A stretch of 8,346 nt of DNA, from the IMG/VR virus record IMGVR_UViG_2602041549_000008, one strand, 5' to 3'. Below, piece by piece: positions 1 to 6,012 of the stretch. The first letter of the stretch is position 1, and each line of letters begins with the position of its first letter. Source of the DNA: a virus (Duplodnaviria; Heunggongvirae; Uroviricota; Caudoviricetes). Under the pieces are notes generated by a model. That model worked only from the letters and a program-made list of their open reading frames with translations, was not told where the DNA came from and ran no database searches. Made by a program: the position numbers and the translations under genes.

Positions 1-1
1 T

Positions 2-130
2 GTCCTGATTAGCTTACTGTCATGGGGACTTTTCGGCCAACGGCTGGACCTGCCAGCCATTATAGGCATGATGTTGATTTGTGCCGGTGTGTTGGTTATT
101 AATCTATTGTCACGAAGCACACCACATTAA
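2..130 (+). CDS. emrE: 3' end of a small multidrug resistance (SMR) efflux protein, EmrE-like; gene starts upstream of the window
   Basis: Frame 2 is open from the window edge and reads VLISLLSWGLFGQRLDLPAIIGMMLICAGVLVINLLSRSTPH, ending at TAA 128-130. The hydrophobic helix plus short polar tail matches my memory of the EmrE C-terminus. A hairpin and T-tract follow immediately. Partial gene, identity from recollection only. Confidence 0.75.
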   Translation, partial: VLISLLSWGLFGQRLDLPAIIGMMLICAGVLVINLLSRSTPH

Positions 131-161
131 AAATAATTTGTTTCTAAACTACTAAAATATG

Positions 162-201
162 GAGGCTCTTATATTTATATGAGCCTCGTTTTATGCTTTT
201 T
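162..201 (+). terminator. Rho-independent terminator candidate downstream of the emrE-like gene
   Basis: Inverted repeat GAGGCTC (162-168) / GAGCCTC (181-187) around an AT loop that can pair further, followed by GTTTTATGCTTTTTGTT (T-rich). It sits about 30 nt after the stop codon. Confidence 0.55.
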
Positions 202-386
202 GTTAATGTCTTTATTTTTTTATGTATTCTTTTGTGCTTTCAAGATTATGGCGTAAGAAAATTGCAATACGATTATTGTTGTATATTCAAGATAATGTGA
301 CCTTAATTGTCTTTTTAAATAAAAATTAAACAAAAATTATATCCCACCACTAATGTTTATAAAAGCATACGTTAGCAGGTGTCACC

Positions 387-1913
387 ATGAAAAAAGCCAT
401 AGCATATATGCGATTTTCATCACCAGGTCAGATGTCTGGCGACTCATTAAACCGACAGAGAAGACTTATTGCTGAATGGTTAAAGGTAAATAGTGATTAT
501 TATCTTGATACCATAACATATGAAGATTTAGGATTAAGTGCATTCAAAGGAAAGCATGCACAATCAGGAGCTTTTTCGGAATTTTTAGATGCTATAGAGC
601 ATGGTTATATATTGCCAGGAACTACATTGTTAGTTGAAAGTCTGGACAGACTTTCAAGAGAAAAAGTCGGTGAAGCGATTGAACGTCTGAAATTGATTTT
701 GAATCACGGTATTGATGTTATAACTCTTTGCGACAATACAGTCTATAATATTGACTCTTTGAATGAGCCATATTCATTAATAAAAGCCATACTTATAGCA
801 CAAAGGGCAAATGAAGAAAGCGAGATAAAGTCAAGTCGGGTTAAATTATCATGGAAGAAAAAACGGCAGGATGCACTGGAATCAGGTACGATTATGACGG
901 CGTCTTGTCCGAGATGGCTCTCCTTAGATGACAAAAGAACGGCTTTTGTTCCAGACCCCGACAGGGTGAAAACTATTGAGCTAATTTTTAAACTCAGGAT
1001 GGAAAGGCGCTCATTGAATGCAATAGCCAAGTATTTAAATGATCATGCTGTAAAGAATTTCTCAGGAAAAGAAAGTGCATGGGGACCTTCTGTAATTGAA
1101 AAATTATTAGCGAATAAAGCTCTGATAGGTATATGCGTACCTTCATATCGTGCAAGAGGGAAAGGAATAAGTGAAATCGCGGGCTATTATCCCAGAGTCA
1201 TATCAGATGATTTGTTTTACGCTGTACAGGAAATTCGGTTGGCACCTTTTGGTATTAGCAATAGTAGCAAGAATCCTATGCTAATAAATCTACTTCGAAC
1301 AGTTATGAAGTGTGAGGCTTGTGGTAATACCATGATTGTTCATGCGGTATCTGGAAGTTTGCATGGCTATTATGTTTGTCCGATGAGAAGATTACATCGA
1401 TGTGACAGGCCATCAATAAAAAGAGATTTGGTTGATTATAATATCATTAATGAATTGCTTTTTAATTGTAGCAAAATTCAACCAGTTGAAAACAAGAAAG
1501 ATGCTAATGAAACTTTAGAGTTAAAAATTATTGAGCTTCAGATGAAAATTAATAATTTAATCGTTGCATTGTCTGTCGCGCCTGAAGTTACAGCTATAGC
1601 AGAGAAAATAAGACTATTAGATAAGGAATTACGAAGGGCTTCGGTATCATTGAAAACTTTGAAGAGTAAAGGTGTAAATTCATTCAGTGATTTTTATGCT
1701 ATTGACTTAACCAGTAAAAATGGACGAGAGTTATGCCGTACACTTGCCTATAAAACATTCGAAAAAATCATAATTAATACGGATAATAAAACCTGTGATA
1801 TCTATTTTATGAATGGCATTGTTTTTAAACACTATCCTTTAATGAAAGTAATATCCGCCCAGCAGGCGATAAGTGCTCTCAAATATATGGTTGATGGTGA
1901 GATTTATTTCTAA
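387..1913 (+). CDS. ybcK: Large serine recombinase (resolvase/invertase-type catalytic domain + recombinase domain + zinc ribbon + coiled coil), 508 aa
   Basis: ORF-track ORF with ATG at 387 preceded by AGGTG (377-381). The N-terminus AIAYMRFSSPGQ...R fits the serine-recombinase catalytic motif (Y-x-R-x-S...Q). The C-terminal part has a Cys cluster CEACGNT...YYVCP...HRC typical of the recombinase zinc ribbon, followed by a coiled-coil-like stretch (LELKIIELQMKINNLIVALS). Length is typical of large serine recombinases. Strongly AT-rich codon usage. Confidence 0.9.
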   Translation: MKKAIAYMRFSSPGQMSGDSLNRQRRLIAEWLKVNSDYYLDTITYEDLGLSAFKGKHAQSGAFSEFLDAIEHGYILPGTTLLVESLDRLSREKVGEAIERLKLILNHGIDVITLCDNTVYNIDSLNEPYSLIKAILIAQRANEESEIKSSRVKLSWKKKRQDALESGTIMTASCPRWLSLDDKRTAFVPDPDRVKTIELIFKLRMERRSLNAIAKYLNDHAVKNFSGKESAWGPSVIEKLLANKALIGICVPSYRARGKGISEIAGYYPRVISDDLFYAVQEIRLAPFGISNSSKNPMLINLLRTVMKCEACGNTMIVHAVSGSLHGYYVCPMRRLHRCDRPSIKRDLVDYNIINELLFNCSKIQPVENKKDANETLELKIIELQMKINNLIVALSVAPEVTAIAEKIRLLDKELRRASVSLKTLKSKGVNSFSDFYAIDLTSKNGRELCRTLAYKTFEKIIINTDNKTCDIYFMNGIVFKHYPLMKVISAQQAISALKYMVDGEIYF

Positions 1914-2111
1914 ATAATGATCTTGGATTTTAAGTTATGCTATGATGATAAAGTGCAAGACAGAATTAATTATCTTTAACGAAACTTAATGGGTAATTAC
2001 TTTGTTTGCTCCCACAAGCGAGTTTTGTACGGCTGTATTGGGGTAGTAAATGAGCTATACAATCTTAATCATTTGTTAGGTGAGAACTCTTGGTCGCAGA
2101 TTCAAATACTG

Positions 2112-2161
2112 AAAATACGTGACAAATTATTATGAGCAAAATGGTGTATGTCACGTATTTT
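2112..2161. repeat. Perfect 13-bp inverted repeat AAAATACGTGACA / TGTCACGTATTTT with a 24-bp spacer, in the ybcK-ybcL intergenic region
   Basis: Read directly: left arm 2112-2124 and right arm 2149-2161 are exact reverse complements. A flanking TTCAAA...TTTGAA extends the symmetry imperfectly. No convincing T-tract follows. Confidence 0.7.
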
Positions 2162-2293
2162 GAATGGTAGGTTAAAAAATAACACCGACTTTCGTAGGTA
2201 TTACTAATAATAAAGCAGAGTTTTTAATAGTATCAATGTGCTTTGTGTATATTGTGGCAAATAATTGGGTTGGGGGTACAATTGTGATTGCTT

Positions 2294-2323
2294 TTGCATG
2301 AACATTGCGCCTTTATGCATAAT
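2294..2323 (+). promoter_or_regulatory. Candidate sigma70 promoter for ybcL-ybcM (-35 TTGCAT, 18-bp spacer, -10 CATAAT)
   Basis: Hexamer match by eye, about 55 nt upstream of the ybcL ATG. Not unique in this AT-rich region, so low confidence. Confidence 0.25.
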
Positions 2324-2376
2324 GAGATAAAGGAATATCAAATAAAATAACGATAGGTCATAACAAAGAGGTTTTT

Positions 2377-2928
2377 ATGAAAACACTTATCGTTTCAACT
2401 GTATTGGCATTCATAACATTTTCTGCGCCGGCTGCAGCATTTCAGGTCACTAGTAATGAAATAAAAACAGGAGAGCAACTTACAACGTCTCATGTCTTTT
2501 CTGGATTTGGGTGTGAAGGTGGTAATACATCGCCCTCATTAACCTGGTCTGGTGTTCCTGAAGGTACCAAAAGCTTTGCCGTAACTGTATATGATCCAGA
2601 TGCACCTACAGGCAGTGGTTGGTGGCATTGGACTGTTGTTAATATTCCAGCAACAGTAACATATTTGCCCGTTGATGCAGGAAGACGTGATGGAACAAAA
2701 CTGCCGACTGGTGCTGTTCAAGGCCGAAATGATTTTGGCTATGCTGGGTTTGGTGGCGCATGTCCTCCTAAAGGAGATAAACCACATCATTACCAGTTTA
2801 AAGTATGGGCTCTAAAAACTGAAAAGATTCCTGTAGATTCTAACTCCAGCGGAGCGTTAGTTGGTTATATGCTTAATGCTAATAAAATCGCAACCGCTGA
2901 GATAACACCAGTTTATGAGATAAAGTAG
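2377..2928 (+). CDS. ybcL: Secreted (periplasmic) PEBP/RKIP-family protein, 183 aa, with N-terminal signal peptide
   Basis: ATG 2377 with AGAGG Shine-Dalgarno 5 nt upstream. N-terminus MKTLIVSTVLAFITFSAPAAA is a classic Sec signal peptide. PEBP signature motifs are present: YDPDAPTGSGWWHW and KPHHYQF. Confidence 0.92.
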   Translation: MKTLIVSTVLAFITFSAPAAAFQVTSNEIKTGEQLTTSHVFSGFGCEGGNTSPSLTWSGVPEGTKSFAVTVYDPDAPTGSGWWHWTVVNIPATVTYLPVDAGRRDGTKLPTGAVQGRNDFGYAGFGGACPPKGDKPHHYQFKVWALKTEKIPVDSNSSGALVGYMLNANKIATAEITPVYEIK

Positions 2929-2937
2929 GGTGAGAGT

Positions 2938-3735
2938 ATGCTGGCAAGAGGTAAGACTAACTTAAAGATCGAAGAAATACGGATGCATAAACATCATGAG
3001 ATTCATAGGGTTAAGCCTCTTATGCCAGCTTTGTGTCGTATCCGTCAGGGAAAGAAAGTTATCAATTGGGAGACGCATACTTTAACTGTTGATAATAATC
3101 AAATAATATTATTTCCTTGTAGTTATGAATTTTATATTGAGAATTATCCTGAAGCAGGGCTTTATCTTGCAGAAATGCTTTACTTACCCATTGATTTAAT
3201 TGAGAGGTTCCAAAAACTTTATACGGTAACTGATCAAATACGTAACAAAACAAGTTTCTTTTTACCTCAGAATCCTGAGTTAATATATTGTTGGGAGCAA
3301 CTAAAAACATCTGTTTCCCGAGGCTTCTCAACTAAAATTCAGGAGCACTTAGCAATGGGCGTTCTACTTTCGTTAGGAGTGAATCATGTTAATCATTTAC
3401 TTTTATCATATAGTAAACAATCATTGATAAGTCGTTGTTATAACCTGCTGCTATCCGAACCCGGCACAAAATGGACAGCAAACAAGGTTGCACGATATCT
3501 CTACATTTCTGTTTCTACATTACATCGCCGTCTAGCAAGCGAGGGGGTAAGTTTCCAAAGTATACTGGACGATGTGAGGTTAAATAATGCGTTGTCTGCT
3601 ATACAAACGACGGTAAAACCTATAAGCGAGATTGCCAGAGAAAATGGTTATAAGTGTCCTTCTCGTTTTACTGAAAGATTTCATAATCGTTTTAATATAA
3701 CACCAAGAGAGATAAGAAAAGCTTCCAGAGAGTAA
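2938..3735 (+). CDS. ybcM: AraC/XylS-family transcriptional regulator, 265 aa
   Basis: Starts 10 nt after the ybcL stop, so likely co-transcribed. The C-terminal 100 aa ([45 protein letters not shown]...[20 protein letters not shown]) has the two helix-turn-helix units of AraC-family proteins. The true start could be Met16 (2983); the ORF-track start was kept. Confidence 0.88.
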   Translation: MLARGKTNLKIEEIRMHKHHEIHRVKPLMPALCRIRQGKKVINWETHTLTVDNNQIILFPCSYEFYIENYPEAGLYLAEMLYLPIDLIERFQKLYTVTDQIRNKTSFFLPQNPELIYCWEQLKTSVSRGFSTKIQEHLAMGVLLSLGVNHVNHLLLSYSKQSLISRCYNLLLSEPGTKWTANKVARYLYISVSTLHRRLASEGVSFQSILDDVRLNNALSAIQTTVKPISEIARENGYKCPSRFTERFHNRFNITPREIRKASRE

Positions 3736-3799
3736 AAGTGTTTTAAGAAGGAGCAATTCTATCGATTTTGATTTTGGGAAATCAACACGGCATAATTAT

Positions 3800-3828
3800 G
3801 TCACCGGAGCCTGAACAACTCCGGTGAC
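3800..3828 (+). terminator. Perfect 10-bp stem / 9-nt loop hairpin (GTCACCGGAG...CTCCGGTGAC) about 65 nt after ybcM; possible terminator or boundary element
   Basis: Arms 3800-3809 and 3819-3828 are exact reverse complements. The downstream TTCTGCGCT is only a weak U-tract. It lies at the transition from AT-rich to GC-richer sequence. Confidence 0.3.
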
Positions 3829-3851
3829 TTCTGCGCTAAACGGGGACGTTT

Positions 3852-3953
3852 ATGCGCACATACAATCCAACCTCTCTTCTCCATTCACAGATGCAGAAAT
3901 GCACCTGCGATATTTTGCATCCAGCGTTTGATCTCTGCGGAGGTGAAGCGTGA
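3852..3953 (+). CDS. ylcH: Small nin-region protein, 33 aa ([33 protein letters not shown])
   Basis: ATG 3852 to TGA 3951-3953, with the stop overlapping the GTG start of the next gene (GTGA). Position between ybcM and ybcN and the 33-aa length match my recollection of ylcH. No strong Shine-Dalgarno. A short ORF, so moderate confidence. Confidence 0.45.
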   Translation: MRTYNPTSLLHSQMQKCTCDILHPAFDLCGGEA

Positions 3954-4405
3954 ACCTCCCACAAGATGGTATCAAATTGCATCGCGGTAACTTCACCGCT
4001 ATCGGTCGGCAGATCCAGCCTTATCTGGAGAACGGCAAATGCTTTCGCATGGTGCTTAAACCGTGGCGCGAGAGACGCAGTCTTTCCCAGAATGCACTCA
4101 GCCACATGTGGTACAGCGAAATCAGTGAATACCTCATCAGCAGGGGTAAAACGTTCGCCACTCCAGCTTGGGTAAAAGATGCTCTCAAACACACATATCT
4201 CGGTTATGAAACCAAAGACCTGGTTGATGTCGTAACCGGTGATATCACCACTATCCAGTCGTTACGCCATACCTCCGATCTTGATACCGGAGAGATGTAT
4301 GTCTTCCTGTGTAAGGTTGAAGCCTGGGCGATGAATATTGGTTGCCATCTGACTATTCCGCAGAGCTGCGAGTTCCAGCAGCTCCGCGACAAGCAGGAGG
4401 CGTAA
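3950..4405 (+). CDS. ybcN: NinB/Orf-family protein (lambdoid recombination-associated; YbcN-like DNA-binding protein), 151 aa
   Basis: GTG start at 3950 with GGAGG (3939-3943) upstream. The protein [15 protein letters not shown]...[16 protein letters not shown]... shares the R-S-L-x-Q-N...W core that I recall from lambda NinB. Confidence 0.88.
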   Translation: MNLPQDGIKLHRGNFTAIGRQIQPYLENGKCFRMVLKPWRERRSLSQNALSHMWYSEISEYLISRGKTFATPAWVKDALKHTYLGYETKDLVDVVTGDITTIQSLRHTSDLDTGEMYVFLCKVEAWAMNIGCHLTIPQSCEFQQLRDKQEA

Positions 4406-4575
4406 TGGCTACACCGCTTATTCGTGTCATGAACGGACACATCTACAGAGTACCAAATCGTCGTAAGCGTAAACCTGAGCTGAAGCCATCCGAAATACCA
4501 ACACTGCTCGGGTATACCGCCAGCCTGGTTGATAAAAAATGGTTGCGACTGGCAGCAAGGAGGAGTCATGGCTGA
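4405..4575 (+). CDS. ninE: NinE-family small basic protein, 56 aa
   Basis: ATG 4405 overlaps the ybcN stop (TAATG); AGGAGG at 4395-4400. The product [28 protein letters not shown]...[13 protein letters not shown] resembles lambda NinE (basic RKRKP motif, W-L-R). The ORF-track ORF from 4342 is an upstream extension of the same frame. Confidence 0.8.
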   Translation: MATPLIRVMNGHIYRVPNRRKRKPELKPSEIPTLLGYTASLVDKKWLRLAARRSHG

Positions 4576-4858
4576 TTTGAGAAAAGCAGCGCGTGGTCGG
4601 GAATGCCAGGTAAGAATCCCTGGCGTATGTAATGGCAACCCTGAAACGTCTGTACTGGCACATATCCGGCTGACTGGATTGTGCGGCACCGGTACCAAAC
4701 CGCCAGACCTGATTGCCACCATTGCATGTTCTGCCTGCCACGACGAAATCGACCGCCGCACACATTTTGTCGATGCTGCATATGCAAAAGAATGCGCGCT
4801 GGAAGGTATGGCGAGAACACAGGTTATCTGGCTGAAAGAGGGGATTATTAAGGCGTGA
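4568..4858 (+). CDS. ybcO: YbcO-like Cys/His-rich (zinc-binding, DUF1364-type) protein, putative nuclease, 96 aa
   Basis: ATG 4568 with AGGAG (4561-4565) upstream; overlaps the ninE 3' end by 8 nt. The product [37 protein letters not shown]...[11 protein letters not shown] has a C-x7-C...C-x2-C-H metal-binding pattern. The ORF-track start at 4529 is an upstream extension. Confidence 0.85.
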   Translation: MADLRKAARGRECQVRIPGVCNGNPETSVLAHIRLTGLCGTGTKPPDLIATIACSACHDEIDRRTHFVDAAYAKECALEGMARTQVIWLKEGIIKA

Positions 4859-5217
4859 ATACCTACAGCATCACATTACCCTGGCCTCCGAGCAATAATC
4901 GCTATTACCGCCATAATCGCGGGCGCACGCACGTCAGCGCAGAGGGGCAGGCATACCGCGATAACGTCGCCCGAATCATTAAAAACGCAATGCTGGATAT
5001 CGGCCTGGCTATGCCTGTGAAAATCCGCATTGAGTGCCACATGCCGGATCGCCGTCGCCGTGACCTGGATAATCTGCAAAAAGCCGCTTTTGACGCACTC
5101 ACTAAAGCAGGTTTCTGGCTGGATGATGCTCAGGTCGTTGATTACCGCGTTGTGAAGATGCCTGTTACCAAAGGTGGGAGGCTGGAACTGACCATCACCG
5201 AAATGGGGAATGAATGA
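4855..5217 (+). CDS. rusA: RusA-family Holliday junction resolvase (endodeoxyribonuclease), 120 aa
   Basis: GTG start at 4855 overlapping the ybcO stop (GTGA). The product [38 protein letters not shown]...[30 protein letters not shown] matches my memory of E. coli RusA, including the acidic D-x-D-N segment. Confidence 0.93.
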   Translation: MNTYSITLPWPPSNNRYYRHNRGRTHVSAEGQAYRDNVARIIKNAMLDIGLAMPVKIRIECHMPDRRRRDLDNLQKAAFDALTKAGFWLDDAQVVDYRVVKMPVTKGGRLELTITEMGNE

Positions 5218-5354
5218 TGTTTGAGTTTTATATGGCAGAACTTCTTCGCCACCGCTGGGGGCATCTGCGCTTATATCGTTTCCCCGGTTCTGTTTTGACC
5301 GATTACCGAATACTGAAGAATTACGCCAAAACCCTGACAGGAGCAGGAGTATGA
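5214..5354 (+). CDS. ylcG: Small nin-region protein, 46 aa ([46 protein letters not shown])
   Basis: ATG 5214 overlaps the rusA stop (ATGA); a second in-frame ATG lies at 5217. Size and position between rusA and the Q gene match my recollection of ylcG. Confidence 0.6.
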   Translation: MMFEFYMAELLRHRWGHLRLYRFPGSVLTDYRILKNYAKTLTGAGV

Positions 5355-5439
5355 AGTCAGAGATAACAATCAACTAATACTGTTTTGTTGATTTTTGCTT
5401 GTAATTGGCGTTCTGGTCTGATTTTTGTGGAGTAAGTTG

Positions 5440-5823
5440 ATGCGTGATATTCAGATGGTTCTTGAGCGTTGGGGAGCGTGGGCGGCTAATAATCATGAAG
5501 ATGTGACCTGGTCGTCCATTGCCGCCGGTTTTAAGGGATTAATTCCTTCAAAAGTAAAATCTCGCCCGCAATGTTGTGACGATGACGCGATGATCATTTG
5601 CGGGTGCATGGCCCGTCTGAAAAAGAACAACAGCGATTTGCACGATTTATTAGTAGATTATTATGTAGTCGGTATGACATTCATGTCACTGGCAGGTAAG
5701 CATTGCTGCTCTGATGGTTATATCGGGAAAAGGTTACAGAAGGCTGAGGGCATAATTGAAGGGATGTTAATGGCATTAGATATCCGGTTAGAGATGGATA
5801 TCGTTGTTAATAACTCTAATTAA
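5440..5823 (+). CDS. quuD: Q-family late-gene transcription antiterminator (phage 82/21-type Q), 127 aa
   Basis: ATG 5440 with GGAG 8 nt upstream. The product [22 protein letters not shown]...[17 protein letters not shown]...HCCSDGYIG has the Cys-rich zinc-binding pattern of 82-type Q proteins. It sits at the end of the nin block, directly upstream of the late/lysis region. The ORF-track start at 5425 is a TTG extension. Confidence 0.88.
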   Translation: MRDIQMVLERWGAWAANNHEDVTWSSIAAGFKGLIPSKVKSRPQCCDDDAMIICGCMARLKKNNSDLHDLLVDYYVVGMTFMSLAGKHCCSDGYIGKRLQKAEGIIEGMLMALDIRLEMDIVVNNSN

Positions 5824-5856
5824 TATGCCAATTGTTTACTAAAAATTATTAAAAAT

Positions 5857-5874
5857 GGGGCGTTGCAACGCCCC
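5857..5874 (-). terminator. GC-rich palindrome GGGGCGTTGCAACGCCCC; candidate terminator for - strand transcription (nmpC) or part of the late-promoter/qut region
   Basis: Perfect 18-bp palindrome (7-bp GC stem, 4-nt loop). On the - strand it is followed by ATTTTTAATAATTTTT (reverse complement of 5841-5856). On the + strand it is followed by A-rich sequence, so it is unlikely to terminate + strand transcripts. Confidence 0.35.
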
Positions 5875-5962
5875 CAAAAATAAAGGGTAATATATAACAG
5901 AAGGTTTATATAGTTAGAAGCAAGGTTGTGCTCCTAAAGGAAGTGGCTTGAGGGAGCCACTT

Positions 5963-6002
5963 ATATGTTGGGGAGGCAAAGCCTCCCGCAACATATCTTT
6001 TT
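5963..6002 (+). terminator. Rho-independent terminator candidate between quuD and the 3' end of nmpC (possible late-leader terminator, tR'-like)
   Basis: Long interrupted hairpin ATATGTTG-GGGAGGC-AAA-GCCTCCC-G-CAACATAT (5963-5996) followed by CTTTTTC (T-run 5998-6002). Preceded by a second perfect 8-bp hairpin AAGTGGCT...AGCCACTT (5941-5962). Confidence 0.5.
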
Positions 6003-6012
6003 CGTAATCAGA

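Noticed and set aside
179-256. 25-codon hydrophobic small ORF (MSLVLCFLLMSLFFYVFFCAFKIMA) overlapping the emrE terminator; considered as a type I toxin-like peptide
   Set aside because: Hydrophobicity is explained by the T-rich terminator tract (TTT/TTA/CTT codons). The GGAGG lies about 13 nt upstream, which is suboptimal. No antisense RNA signature was seen. Cannot be excluded without expression data.
743-1030. 95-aa ORF on the - strand inside ybcK
   Set aside because: Entirely antisense to a well-supported recombinase ORF. No recognisable motifs. Low-complexity translation typical of a shadow ORF in AT-rich DNA.
2091-2110. Sequence GCAGATTCAAATAC, checked as a possible tRNA T-arm; whole window scanned for tRNA or CRISPR repeats
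   Set aside because: No acceptor-stem or anticodon-arm complementarity around it. No regularly spaced direct repeats anywhere in the window. No tRNA or CRISPR array called.
1989-2135. 48-codon ORF in the ybcK-ybcL intergenic region, and a 12-codon mini-ORF (2131-2169) inside the inverted-repeat spacer
   Set aside because: No Shine-Dalgarno sequence and no recognisable motifs. Likely chance ORFs.
2539-2790. 83-aa ORF on the - strand inside ybcL
   Set aside because: Antisense to the PEBP gene, which has clear signature motifs. Cys/Ile-rich nonsense-like composition.
3062-3331. 89-aa ORF on the - strand inside ybcM
   Set aside because: Antisense shadow ORF within the AraC-family gene. No start-site context.
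3836-4192. 118-aa - strand ORF and 69-aa + strand ORF (3966-4175) overlapping ylcH/ybcN
   Set aside because: They overlap the NinB-like gene, whose frame is supported by family similarity. Alternative-frame ORFs are common in GC-richer DNA.
4204-4765. 185-aa and 112-aa - strand ORFs antisense to ybcN/ninE/ybcO
   Set aside because: No ribosome-binding sites or recognisable domains. The sense strand is fully occupied by a coupled gene chain with homology support.
4566-5373. Antisense ORFs of 84, 165 and 65 aa opposite ybcO/rusA/ylcG
   Set aside because: Same reasoning: shadow ORFs opposite the RusA reading frame. Arg/Ser-rich translations typical of an antisense frame.
5368-5396. Weak AT-rich hairpin (AATCAAC...GTTGATT) followed by TTTTT between ylcG and quuD, considered as a nin-region terminator
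   Set aside because: Stem of only 7 AT-rich base pairs with a 12-nt loop, so predicted stability is low. Could be a leaky terminator but the evidence is too thin for a feature call.
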